Below the pieces are notes generated by a model that did not search any database, was not told where the DNA came from, and saw nothing but the letters and a program-made list of their open reading frames with translations. From positions 210,001-242,000 of the forward strand of contig NC_016012.1 in assembly GCF_000283555.1 (NCBI RefSeq): DNA of 32,000 nt. Reading direction: 5' to 3'. Of this stretch, positions 16,865 through 26,011 are shown in pieces; positions within the stretch are counted from its first letter, which is position 1, and each line of letters starts with the position of its first letter. A program made the translations under genes and the position numbers. This stretch comes from Candidatus Arthromitus sp. SFB-rat-Yit (GTDB lineage Bacteria; Bacillota; Clostridia; Clostridiales; Clostridiaceae).

Positions 16865-19093
16865 ATGGAAAAAGTACTGAAAATAACAGGAATGACTTGT
16901 GCTGCGTGTTCATCATCGATTGAAAAGTCACTTTCTAGGAAGAAGGGAGTAAATAGTGCTGTAGTTAATTTATCAACTGAGAAGTTAACTATAAATTTTA
17001 ATGAAGAGGATATAACTATTAATCAAATTGAGGCTTATATAGTTAAACTTGGTTATGGTATTGATAAATCATTAGATGATAATTATTATGAGCGTGAAAG
17101 TGATTTCATAAGAAAAATGATGATAAGATTTATTTTATCTATTGTGTTTACCATACCTCTTCTTTATATATCAATGGCCCACATGTTTTCTTATAAAGTA
17201 ATAGATTTTTTCGATCATATGAAAAACCCTCTTAATTTCACAATTATTCAATTAATTCTTGTCATACCTGTTATGCTCACAGGTTTTCCATTTTTTAAAA
17301 AAGGTATCAAAAGTCTTATTTCCCTTAAGCCCAATATGGATAGTTTAATAACTATAGGTACATTTGCGGCATTTTTATATTCACTTTATGAAACTATAGG
17401 AGTTATATTGGGAGATCATAGTAAAGCAATGAATTTGTATTATGAGTCTTCTGCGACGATATTAACTTTAATTACTTTTGGTAAGTATTTAGAAGGTATA
17501 ACTAAGGGTAAAACTTCAAAAGCTATAAAGAAATTAATGGGACTATCGCCTAAGACAGCTTTAATTGAGAGAGATGGAAATGAGGTTGAGGTAAGTATTG
17601 ATGAAGTTAAGGTTTCAGATATAGTTATTGTAAAGTCTGGAGATAAGTTTCCAGTTGATGGTGAAATAATATATGGAAGTTGTCTAGTTGACGAGTCTAT
17701 GCTTACAGGTGAAAGTATACCTGTGCAGAAGAAAAAATCAGATAGTGTAATAGGTGCAAGTATCAATAAAAATGGGTTTGTAAAATATAGGGCTACGAAG
17801 GTAGGGGATAATACTACATTATCCCAAATAATTAAGCTTGTTGAAGAAGCGCAAAATAATAAGCCTAAGATTTCAAAGCTTGCAGATACTGTATCTTATT
17901 ATTTTGTACCAACAATTATATTAATTGCTACGATATCTTTTATATTTTGGATAATTTATATGAAAAACTTTGGTTTTGCATTTTCTATATTTGTATCGGT
18001 TTTAGTAATAGCGTGTCCATGTGCATTAGGACTTGCGACTCCGACATCTATAATGGTTTCAACGGGAATTGGTGCAGAAAATGGTATACTCATAAAGTCT
18101 GGAGAAGCACTTGAAGATGCACATAAAATAAATGTTGTAGTTTTAGATAAAACAGGTACTATAACTGAAGGAAAACCTAAAGTAACAGATTTAATAATAG
18201 ATAAAGATGTATTTGAAAATGATGAAGATATGATAAAATATGTAACTAGTATAGAGAAAGGATCCGAGCATCCTTTAGGAGATGCTATTTTAGAGTATGG
18301 AAGAGAGAAAAATGTAGGAACTTTAAATGTAGAAAATTTTAAAGCTATAGAGGGAATGGGAGTATATGGGGAAGTCAATGGAAGGAAAATATTTATAGGT
18401 AATAAAAAACTCCTAGATGTTAATCATATAAGTACAGATAAATTTAAGGATGTAAGTGATAACTTATCAATGCATGGTAAAACTACTATGTTTGTTGTTA
18501 TGGACGGAGTTGTTGGAGGAGTTTTTAGTGTTTCTGATACGGTTAAAAAAAGTTCCAAAGAGGCAATCTCGAGGCTTAAATCTATGGGGATAAAAGTAAT
18601 TATGCTAACTGGAGATAATTCTAAAACGGCGATTGCTATAGGAAAACAAGTTGGCGTTGATGATGTGATTTCAGATGTATTGCCTAAAGATAAATCACAT
18701 GAAGTTCAAAAGCTTAAGGATATGGGGTGTAAGGTTTGTATGGTTGGAGATGGTATTAATGATGCCCCTGCTCTTATGAATGCAAATATTGGTATAGCGA
18801 TTGGATCTGGAACTGATATAGCAATTGAATCATCTTCTGTAATTTTGATGAAGAGTGATTTAATGGATATTCCAAAGTTTTTAAAGCTTTCAAAGAATAC
18901 CATAGGAAATATAAAACAAAATCTATTTTGGGCATTTTTGTATAATGTGATTGGGATACCTATAGCTATGGGAGTATTTTATTTGTTTGGAGGAATTCTT
19001 CTAAATCCAATGATCGCAGCTATTGCTATGAGTTTCAGTTCTGTATCTGTTGTAATAAATGCATTGAGACTTAAATTTATAAAACTGATCTAA
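16865..19093 (+). CDS. copA: Copper-translocating P1B-type ATPase
   Basis: 742 aa. One N-terminal HMA domain (GMTCAACSSSIEK), TGES, CPC, DKTGTIT and GDGINDAP. Confidence 0.95.
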   Translation: MEKVLKITGMTCAACSSSIEKSLSRKKGVNSAVVNLSTEKLTINFNEEDITINQIEAYIVKLGYGIDKSLDDNYYERESDFIRKMMIRFILSIVFTIPLLYISMAHMFSYKVIDFFDHMKNPLNFTIIQLILVIPVMLTGFPFFKKGIKSLISLKPNMDSLITIGTFAAFLYSLYETIGVILGDHSKAMNLYYESSATILTLITFGKYLEGITKGKTSKAIKKLMGLSPKTALIERDGNEVEVSIDEVKVSDIVIVKSGDKFPVDGEIIYGSCLVDESMLTGESIPVQKKKSDSVIGASINKNGFVKYRATKVGDNTTLSQIIKLVEEAQNNKPKISKLADTVSYYFVPTIILIATISFIFWIIYMKNFGFAFSIFVSVLVIACPCALGLATPTSIMVSTGIGAENGILIKSGEALEDAHKINVVVLDKTGTITEGKPKVTDLIIDKDVFENDEDMIKYVTSIEKGSEHPLGDAILEYGREKNVGTLNVENFKAIEGMGVYGEVNGRKIFIGNKKLLDVNHISTDKFKDVSDNLSMHGKTTMFVVMDGVVGGVFSVSDTVKKSSKEAISRLKSMGIKVIMLTGDNSKTAIAIGKQVGVDDVISDVLPKDKSHEVQKLKDMGCKVCMVGDGINDAPALMNANIGIAIGSGTDIAIESSSVILMKSDLMDIPKFLKLSKNTIGNIKQNLFWAFLYNVIGIPIAMGVFYLFGGILLNPMIAAIAMSFSSVSVVINALRLKFIKLI

Positions 19094-19110
19094 ATTTAGG
19101 GGGTTTTTAA

Positions 19111-19638
19111 TTGAAATTTAAGTTTGTATATTTCTTTACTCTATTATTTATTTTAGGAAGTTCTGTCATGGCTTGTTCTATTAAGGATGATAAAAAAATA
19201 TATGAAGTTAAGCTTAATAAGGTTGTAGATGGGAATACAATAAAAGTTATAATAAATGAAGAATTAAAAGATGTGAGATTAATTCTCGTTGATTCTCCAG
19301 AACTTAGAGGTAATTACCCTTTTAGTGTTGAAGCAAAAAAATATTTAAATGATAAATTATTAAATGTTGATTATGTTTATTTAGAGTTAGATGGTGAAGA
19401 GGTAGATAAGTATGGCAAGATATGGGCCTATGTTTGGTATTATAATGATCAGGGTAAACTTGAGATGGTAAATGAGGATATTATAGAGGATGGATATGGA
19501 AGAGTTGCTTATGTATTTGATTCTGCTAAATATTTAGATAGACTTAATTCATCTCAAAAAAGAGCTAAGGAGAGAGGAAATGGAATATGGAGTATAGATG
19601 GATATGTTACAGAAAGAGGGTATAAGAGATCAAAATGA
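19111..19638 (+). CDS. Thermonuclease (staphylococcal nuclease-like), probable lipoprotein or secreted
   Basis: 175 aa, TTG start after TAGGGGG. Signal with SSVMAC. SNase core VVDGNTIKV...VRLILVDSPE...EAKKYL...DKYGKIWAYV...GYGRVAYV...AKERGNGIWS. Confidence 0.85.
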   Translation: MKFKFVYFFTLLFILGSSVMACSIKDDKKIYEVKLNKVVDGNTIKVIINEELKDVRLILVDSPELRGNYPFSVEAKKYLNDKLLNVDYVYLELDGEEVDKYGKIWAYVWYYNDQGKLEMVNEDIIEDGYGRVAYVFDSAKYLDRLNSSQKRAKERGNGIWSIDGYVTERGYKRSK

Positions 19639-19653
19639 AGGGATGTTTATTAA

Positions 19654-19851
19654 ATGAAAAAAATATATATAAGTGGTATGAAGTGTTCTCATTGTGAGAA
19701 AAAAGTTAGAAATGCTTTAGAGGAAATAGGAGCAACCGATATACATGTTGATTTATCTAAAAAAATAGTTACGTGTAATACGGATAAGTCGTATGATGAA
19801 ATATCGGATATAATAGGTGAATATGGATTCGATGTGGATAATGTAGAATAA
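19654..19851 (+). CDS. copZ: Copper chaperone, heavy-metal-associated domain protein
   Basis: 65 aa with GMKCSHCEKKV (MxCxxC) and a ferredoxin-like HMA length. Confidence 0.85.
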   Translation: MKKIYISGMKCSHCEKKVRNALEEIGATDIHVDLSKKIVTCNTDKSYDEISDIIGEYGFDVDNVE

Positions 19852-19861
19852 TATTTTATAT

Positions 19862-19909
19862 AAACTGATAATTTTATAAGAGTTTTTCTTATAAATTGTC
19901 AGTTTTTTT
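19862..19909 (+). terminator. Rho-independent terminator closing the cop operon
   Basis: About 18-bp stem, AAACTGATAATTTTATAAG / CTTATAAATTGTCAGTTT, with one bulge and one wobble and a 7-nt loop, followed by a T-run. Confidence 0.7.
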
Positions 19910-19965
19910 ATATTTTATATGAGAATTTATTAGTGTAGAATTATTGAAGGGGGGAGTTGAAATAA

Positions 19966-22119
19966 GTGAATCGAAGAAGGTTGTATTATACATCATTTGG
20001 TATTGTTTCTTTAGTGTTTTTTATTACAATCTTTTTATTACAGATTTATTTTAAATATGGAGATGTAAGTCCGGTTAGTGGGAGGATTAGTGAATTTAAG
20101 GAAAATATAAATTTAATTGATAAAATTTATCTTGATTGGTGGGATTCTTCTATAAAAAAGATATCATCTCAGGGTGTTAAGGATATTTATGAACTCAAAA
20201 ATACATATGAAAATTTAAATATTGTAATAAGCGATAGTTCTATTTTAAACGATATTATTTTAAGTGAAATAATTATAGATAGAAAACCGCTTGAAGAGTA
20301 TTCGTATGAAGTTATAAATTCAAAGGATGGAAAGAGGATATTTAAGATAAGATTAGAGGAACTCGATGATTCTTCGACTAATAAGATTACAAAAGTAGTT
20401 AATATATACAATAGATATAATAATACATTTTATAATGTAGAGATTGATTCTTTTGAGTTTAGATTTAATTTGTCTAAGGATTCTGACTTTATATATTTAA
20501 ATTTTGAAAATTATATATCAAACTTCTATGATAATGAGTTTAAAATAGAGGGTAATTATTACAGTGATTCTAATGAAAATTTAATTTATAATTTTGGGCA
20601 TATAAATAAAAATATAAAGATTCCTATTATAAGTTCGTTAAGTGCTCAGATTGACGATAGTACTAAAAATTTGTTTTTTAAAGATAACATCAATTTTACT
20701 ATTTATAATAGATTTCATACTCCTGTTATAACTTTTAGTGTTAATTCTTCAGGAGATTTAAAAATACTTAATACATATAGTTTGTCTAATGTTTATGAAA
20801 GTGAATTGAAGAATCAGGTTTTTATATTTGATTCTAAGGATGATAATATTTTTAAGATTGATAAAAGAGAAGATGGGTCGGTTGATATTATAAATTTAAT
20901 TGATAACTATAAATTATATTTTGATGAAAATTTAATGAAAACATATAGGGTATATGAAGAAGAAGGTGGAAGTTCGGGTGTAAATTTTAGAATGTATAGA
21001 GATATGCGTGTAGGAAGTTATGTGTTTACCCCGAATAAGACATTTGATATATATAAATTTTATGATATTAATGAAAATAAATTTTTGTCTTATGATAAAT
21101 TAAGTAATATGTTTATTTTAAATAGTAATCCTTCAAATTTCATATTGACACCTGAAAATAATTTGTTTGATATATTGAATAGGGTGTTTATGAAAAAAAA
21201 CAAATCGAAAGATAAGGGTTATTATTATGTTGGAGATAATGAATTTCAAAATGGAGACATATTTAGATTTAATGATATGGCATCTTCTACTTTTAAGAAA
21301 GTTAGTTATGATGAAATAAAGGAAGAAATGGTTTCCTCAAACTATATTCAGGTAATGTTTAAAAATAAGGAAACAGGTGAATTTTTAAATGTGGATCTAA
21401 ATGGTGGAAACGCAATTAATGGAGTTTTATATAATGATTCTTATCTAAATGGGTATTTTAATTATGAAAAGGGAATGAATGATTTATCCAAATTCATCTT
21501 TGAGATAAGACCTTCGAATAATGAAGAGTTTACGACATTTAATTTATATAATAAATTAATTGGAACTTCTGTAGCTGCAGAATATGGGATTTTAGATAAC
21601 AAACTAGTTTTTGATAAGACTAAGGATAATAAGCTTAGGTTTGTTATTGAAAAGAATGATGGACGAGATGATGAGTTTAAGATAAAAGATGATTATGGAA
21701 GCTATTTATCTTTTAAGTCTTCAGATGATTTTGCTTGGGTAACATCTTCTGGATTTATGAAAAGATTTTTTAATATACAAGATGAGTTTGATGTGTTTGA
21801 GATTTATATGATTGATTTTAAAGAAAGTAATAACGTGAATTCGGGGGATTACGTATCTATATCATCTAAAGGAGTTGATGATAAATACTTTTTAGATAAA
21901 ATAACTGTGAATAATAAACAAACTGAATCTAAAAGTATTGATGAATATATTGTGTTTAGAAATAAAGAATTTATATTTTTAGAAGGGGATTCACTTCTTG
22001 AGGATATGATTGCAATTAATAGTTTCAGAGATGTACGAGGTATAAATATTTCTATGGTTCCAACTAATAATACGGAGAATAAAGGATATAGGTTCAATAT
22101 ATTAAATGGGATTTATTAG
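19966..22119 (+). CDS. Large N-terminally membrane-anchored protein of unknown function
   Basis: 717 aa, GTG start after AAGGGGGGAG. A single N-terminal TM (YYTSFGIVSLVFFITIFLLQIYF) is followed by an N/Y/F/D-rich presumably extracellular region. I recognise no catalytic motif. Confidence 0.6.
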   Translation: MNRRRLYYTSFGIVSLVFFITIFLLQIYFKYGDVSPVSGRISEFKENINLIDKIYLDWWDSSIKKISSQGVKDIYELKNTYENLNIVISDSSILNDIILSEIIIDRKPLEEYSYEVINSKDGKRIFKIRLEELDDSSTNKITKVVNIYNRYNNTFYNVEIDSFEFRFNLSKDSDFIYLNFENYISNFYDNEFKIEGNYYSDSNENLIYNFGHINKNIKIPIISSLSAQIDDSTKNLFFKDNINFTIYNRFHTPVITFSVNSSGDLKILNTYSLSNVYESELKNQVFIFDSKDDNIFKIDKREDGSVDIINLIDNYKLYFDENLMKTYRVYEEEGGSSGVNFRMYRDMRVGSYVFTPNKTFDIYKFYDINENKFLSYDKLSNMFILNSNPSNFILTPENNLFDILNRVFMKKNKSKDKGYYYVGDNEFQNGDIFRFNDMASSTFKKVSYDEIKEEMVSSNYIQVMFKNKETGEFLNVDLNGGNAINGVLYNDSYLNGYFNYEKGMNDLSKFIFEIRPSNNEEFTTFNLYNKLIGTSVAAEYGILDNKLVFDKTKDNKLRFVIEKNDGRDDEFKIKDDYGSYLSFKSSDDFAWVTSSGFMKRFFNIQDEFDVFEIYMIDFKESNNVNSGDYVSISSKGVDDKYFLDKITVNNKQTESKSIDEYIVFRNKEFIFLEGDSLLEDMIAINSFRDVRGINISMVPTNNTENKGYRFNILNGIY

Positions 22120-22157
22120 ATAAATTTTAACAAAAATTACAAAAAGGTTAAAAAGTA

Positions 22158-22186
22158 TTGAATGGAAATATGAATTATTATATAAT
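22158..22186 (+). promoter_or_regulatory. Sigma-A-type promoter for the tandem small membrane-protein genes
   Basis: TTGAAT (22158-22163), 17-nt spacer, TATAAT (22181-22186). Confidence 0.55.
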
Positions 22187-22255
22187 ATTGTTAATATATC
22201 GTAAATAATGATTTCTTAAATATTAATAGATTATGAGGTAGGAGGGGTTACTTTA

Positions 22256-22468
22256 ATGCTTGGAAAAGGAATTAGTATGAGTACAGTTGTAACAAGTATA
22301 CTTTTAGGAACTACAGCTATTGTAGGTCTTAGTGTGGGTCTTGGAATTGAAAATAACAAGAGTGCATTAAGAGATAGTGAGCTAGATGATTTAAAAAGAC
22401 AAATAAAGATTGTTGAAGATATAACTAAAGATATAAACGTAAGACCACCGAACGGATTCATTAATTAA
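22256..22468 (+). CDS. Small membrane-anchored protein (paralog A)
   Basis: 70 aa. GGAGGGG lies 8 nt before the ATG. Gly-rich TM (VVTSILLGTTAIVGLSVGLG), then IENNKSALRDSELDDLKRQ. Confidence 0.6.
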   Translation: MLGKGISMSTVVTSILLGTTAIVGLSVGLGIENNKSALRDSELDDLKRQIKIVEDITKDINVRPPNGFIN

Positions 22469-22492
22469 TATAAATTTGGGGGGTGAAAATAT

Positions 22493-22714
22493 ATGCAAAT
22501 TCGTTATTGTTTAGTAGGAGTCGGTGTTGTTGGTGCTTTATCTCTAACTGCTGCTTTAGCTGGAGTTGGAATATCAAATCAGAGTAAATTAGATGAGATA
22601 GGTAGAAAAAAATTAGAGCTTAGTTCTAAGGAGGGTGTTTATCCACAACCTGAGTCTAGAGTTTTAAAATCTCCATCTTCTCCAGCATATCCATCGCCTG
22701 GATATGAGAATTAA
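22493..22714 (+). CDS. Small membrane-anchored protein (paralog B) with Pro/Ser-rich tail
   Basis: 73 aa, RBS GGGGGGTGA. TM (LVGVGVVGALSLTAALAGVG), then ISNQSKLDEIGRKKLELS, and a tail PQPESRVLKSPSSPAYPSPGYEN. Confidence 0.6.
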   Translation: MQIRYCLVGVGVVGALSLTAALAGVGISNQSKLDEIGRKKLELSSKEGVYPQPESRVLKSPSSPAYPSPGYEN

Positions 22715-22737
22715 ATAGTTGTAAAATGCGTACATAA

Positions 22738-22766
22738 TTGACAATTTTTGAGTATGAATTTATAAT
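22738..22766 (+). promoter_or_regulatory. Consensus sigma-A promoter upstream of ileS
   Basis: TTGACA (22738-22743), exactly 17-nt spacer, TATAAT (22761-22766). Confidence 0.65.
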
Positions 22767-22782
22767 TTTAAAAAATAATGTA

Positions 22783-22820
22783 AAATACTTCACTTTGTTT
22801 TAGAGTGAAGTATTTTTAAT
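22783..22820 (+). terminator. Intrinsic terminator/attenuator hairpin in the ileS leader; it could also end the upstream small-ORF transcript
   Basis: AAATACTTCACT (22783-22794) pairs with AGTGAAGTATTT (22804-22815) over a 9-nt loop, followed by TTAATTTT. It lies between the consensus promoter and the ileS RBS (GGAGGG 22843-22848). Confidence 0.7.
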
Positions 22821-22851
22821 TTTAATATTTAAATATTAGCTTGGAGGGTTT

Positions 22852-25800
22852 ATGTATAAAAAGGTCGAATCTAATGTTCCTATGAATCAAATAGATAAAC
22901 ACATATTAGATTTTTGGGAAAAGAACAATATTGTTAAAAAGAACTTTGATAGGAATGAATATGGCGAATATTTTAGTTTTTATGACGGTCCACCAACAGC
23001 TAACGGTAAACCTCATATAGGTCATGTTATAACAAGAGTTATAAAAGATATCATACCTAGATATAAGGTTATGAAGGGTTATAGAGTTTTGAGAAAGGCT
23101 GGATGGGATACTCATGGACTTCCTGTTGAACTTGAAATTGAAAAGAAGCTTTCTATTTCAGGAAAGAAAGAAATAGAAGATTTTGGAGTAAGTAAGTTTG
23201 TATCGGAGTGCAAAAATAACGTATTTAAATATGTTGAAATGTGGGAAGAAATGTCTAAAAAGATTGGATACTGGGTAGATATGGAAAGCCCATATGTAAC
23301 GTATCACAACAATTACATAGAGTCTGTTTGGTGGGCACTCAAAACAATGTGGGATAAAGATTTGCTTTATAAGGGTCATAAGATTCTTCCGTATTGTTCA
23401 AGATGTGGAACGGGTTTATCTTCTCATGAGGTTGCTCAAGGGTATAAAGATATTAAAGACAATACGGTAGTTGCTAAATTTAAGGTTCAAGGATTTGACA
23501 ATAAGTACATATTAGCTTGGACAACTACTCCATGGACTCTTCCATCTAATACGGCTCTTGCGATTAATAGAGCTTATACATATGTTGAGGTTCTTGTAGA
23601 TGGTGAAATTTATATACTTGCTAAGGATCTTTTAAAAATTTTAGGTGATATAGAATATGAAATAATAAATGAGTTTAAGGGAGATAAACTTGAAGGGACT
23701 CATTATGATCAATTATTTGATTATATAAAACCAGAAGAAAATGGTTTTTATGTAGTTCATGCAGATTATGTAACATTATCTGATGGAACTGGTATTGTAC
23801 ATATTGCTCCTGCGTTTGGAGAAGATGATAACAAGGTAGGTCAAAAATATAATTTGCCTTTTATAAATCCTGTAGATCTTCAGGGTAAGTTTACGGATGA
23901 GGTAAGCGATTTTAAGGGAATGTTTGTAAAAGATTGTGACATTAAGATAATAAAACTTTTAGAAGAAAGAGAAATGCTTTTTAAAAGTGAGAAATATACG
24001 CACTCATACCCTCATTGCTGGAGATGTGATACTCCTCTTTTATATTATCCTAAAGATAGCTGGTATATTAAAACGACTTCAATTAAGGAAAATTTACTTA
24101 AAAATAATGATAAAGTTTCATGGTATCCAGATAATATAAGGACGGGAAGGTTCGGAAATTTTTTAGAAAACGTAATAGATTGGAGTATATCAAGAGATAG
24201 ATATTGGGGAACTCCACTCCCTATTTGGGAATGTGAGTGTTTGCATAGAGAGTGTATTGGATCTATAGAGGAATTGAAGGAAAAAGGAATAAATGTTTTA
24301 GAAGATATAGAGCTTCATAAGCCTTTTATAGATGAAGTTAAACTTAAATGTGAAAAGTGCGGGGGAGAGATGACTCGCACAAAGGAAGTTATAGACTGTT
24401 GGTTTGATTCAGGAAGTATGCCGTTTGCTCAGTATCATTATCCTTTTGAAAACAAAGAATTATTTGAGAAGAATTTCCCAGCACAGTTTATTTCAGAAGC
24501 GGTTGATCAAACAAGAGGATGGTTTTATACGCTTATGGCAATATCTACTGCTATTTTTGATAGAAATCCATTTGAAAATTGTATAGTTTTAGGGCATGTT
24601 TTAGATAAACATGGTAAGAAGATGTCTAAACATTTGGGTAATGTTGTTGATCCTAATGAGGTTATTGATTCTCAAGGTGCTGATGCTGTTAGATGGCATT
24701 TTTATACATCGAGTTATCCGTGGCTTCCATCTAGATTTTCTGAAAATGATGTAAAAGAGGTTCATAGGAGATTTTTATCTACATATTGGAATGTGTATTC
24801 TTTTTATGTGCTTTATGCAAATTTAGATAAGTTTAATCCGAATAATTATAAAGATTATACTGTTTCAAACATTATGGATAAATGGATATTGTCAAAATTA
24901 AATACTTTGATTAAAGATGTAGATGAAATGCTTTCGTCTTATAAAATAACTAATGCAGCTTATAAGATTGAAACGTTCGTTGATGAGCTTTCTAATTGGT
25001 ATATAAGACGTAATAGATCGAGGTATTGGACAAATGGTTTTGATGAAGATAAGATAAGTGCTTTTATGACGCTTTATTTAGTAATTGTTGATTTATCAAA
25101 AATACTTGCACCATTTATACCTTTTGTAACTGAAGAAATTTATCAAAATCTTGTTAAAAATCTTGATGAAAATTCAAGAGAGAGCATACATTTATGTAAT
25201 TTTCCAGAGTGTAGGTATGATTTAATAGATAAAGATCTTGAAAGTGATATGGATCTTGCGTATAAAATAGTTAAACTTGGAAGAAGTGCGAGAAATAATG
25301 CTAATATTAAAAATAGGCAACCACTCCAGAAGATACTTGTGAGTGGAGAGAATTTAGAGAATTATTATCACTCTATTATAAAAGATGAGCTTAATATAAA
25401 AGAGATAGAATTTAATTCTGATATAAGTAAATATGTAAGTTTTAATCTTAAACCGAATCTGCCAGTACTTGGGAAAGAGTATGGAAGATATATTCCAAAA
25501 ATAAAAGAGTTTTTATCAAACAGTAATCAAATGGAATTGGCCTTAAATCTTAAAGCAGGTGAAAGCGTAGAAGTTTCTATATTAGATAAGAGTATTTTGT
25601 TAAATAAAGATAATGTTTTAATTACAATGGATGGATTAGAGGGTTATGCATTTTCTGGAGAAGGAACTATTGGAGTTGTGCTTGATACTAATATCACAGA
25701 TACTTTAAGAGAAGAAGGATTCGTACGTGAAATAATAAGTAAGATTCAAAATTTAAGGAAAGAAAAGGGATTTGAGGTAAGCGATAAGATTAAAATTTAT

Positions 25801-25968
25801 GTAAAAGATAGTTTTAATTTGGTAAGTATAATCGATAAATATAGGGAGATTATACAGAAAGAAACATTAACTACTAATATTTATTTTAATGATGAAATAT
25901 TAAATTTAAATTATGTAGAGTTAAATATTAATAAAGAAATACTAGTTTTAGATATTGTAAGAGTATAA
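22852..25968 (+). CDS. ileS: Isoleucine--tRNA ligase, type 2 (eukaryote-like clade)
   Basis: 1038 aa. [27 protein letters not shown], a CP1 editing region, KKMSKHLGN and a long C-terminal extension are type-2 hallmarks. Type 1 has GPPYANG and a shorter length. Confidence 0.95.
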   Translation: MYKKVESNVPMNQIDKHILDFWEKNNIVKKNFDRNEYGEYFSFYDGPPTANGKPHIGHVITRVIKDIIPRYKVMKGYRVLRKAGWDTHGLPVELEIEKKLSISGKKEIEDFGVSKFVSECKNNVFKYVEMWEEMSKKIGYWVDMESPYVTYHNNYIESVWWALKTMWDKDLLYKGHKILPYCSRCGTGLSSHEVAQGYKDIKDNTVVAKFKVQGFDNKYILAWTTTPWTLPSNTALAINRAYTYVEVLVDGEIYILAKDLLKILGDIEYEIINEFKGDKLEGTHYDQLFDYIKPEENGFYVVHADYVTLSDGTGIVHIAPAFGEDDNKVGQKYNLPFINPVDLQGKFTDEVSDFKGMFVKDCDIKIIKLLEEREMLFKSEKYTHSYPHCWRCDTPLLYYPKDSWYIKTTSIKENLLKNNDKVSWYPDNIRTGRFGNFLENVIDWSISRDRYWGTPLPIWECECLHRECIGSIEELKEKGINVLEDIELHKPFIDEVKLKCEKCGGEMTRTKEVIDCWFDSGSMPFAQYHYPFENKELFEKNFPAQFISEAVDQTRGWFYTLMAISTAIFDRNPFENCIVLGHVLDKHGKKMSKHLGNVVDPNEVIDSQGADAVRWHFYTSSYPWLPSRFSENDVKEVHRRFLSTYWNVYSFYVLYANLDKFNPNNYKDYTVSNIMDKWILSKLNTLIKDVDEMLSSYKITNAAYKIETFVDELSNWYIRRNRSRYWTNGFDEDKISAFMTLYLVIVDLSKILAPFIPFVTEEIYQNLVKNLDENSRESIHLCNFPECRYDLIDKDLESDMDLAYKIVKLGRSARNNANIKNRQPLQKILVSGENLENYYHSIIKDELNIKEIEFNSDISKYVSFNLKPNLPVLGKEYGRYIPKIKEFLSNSNQMELALNLKAGESVEVSILDKSILLNKDNVLITMDGLEGYAFSGEGTIGVVLDTNITDTLREEGFVREIISKIQNLRKEKGFEVSDKIKIYVKDSFNLVSIIDKYREIIQKETLTTNIYFNDEILNLNYVELNINKEILVLDIVRV

Positions 25969-26011
25969 AATTTTTAGAAAGGATTTAGTTACCCAGTGTA
26001 GCGATTGTATT

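Noticed and set aside
19111-19638. Thermonuclease as a toxin or defence effector
   Set aside because: It carries a signal/lipobox and the ordinary secreted SNase core. There is no adjacent immunity-like or sensor gene, so only its odd position inside the cop operon is noted.
22231-22461. 76-aa minus-strand ORF overlapping small membrane protein A
   Set aside because: The plus-strand ORF has a strong SD (GGAGGGG), a promoter and a paralog next door. The minus-strand ORF has none of these.
22715-22851. Possible T-box riboswitch upstream of ileS
   Set aside because: There is no conserved T-box sequence and no specifier-loop or stem I architecture, and the leader is far too short. It is reported instead as an unexplained promoter-terminator arrangement.
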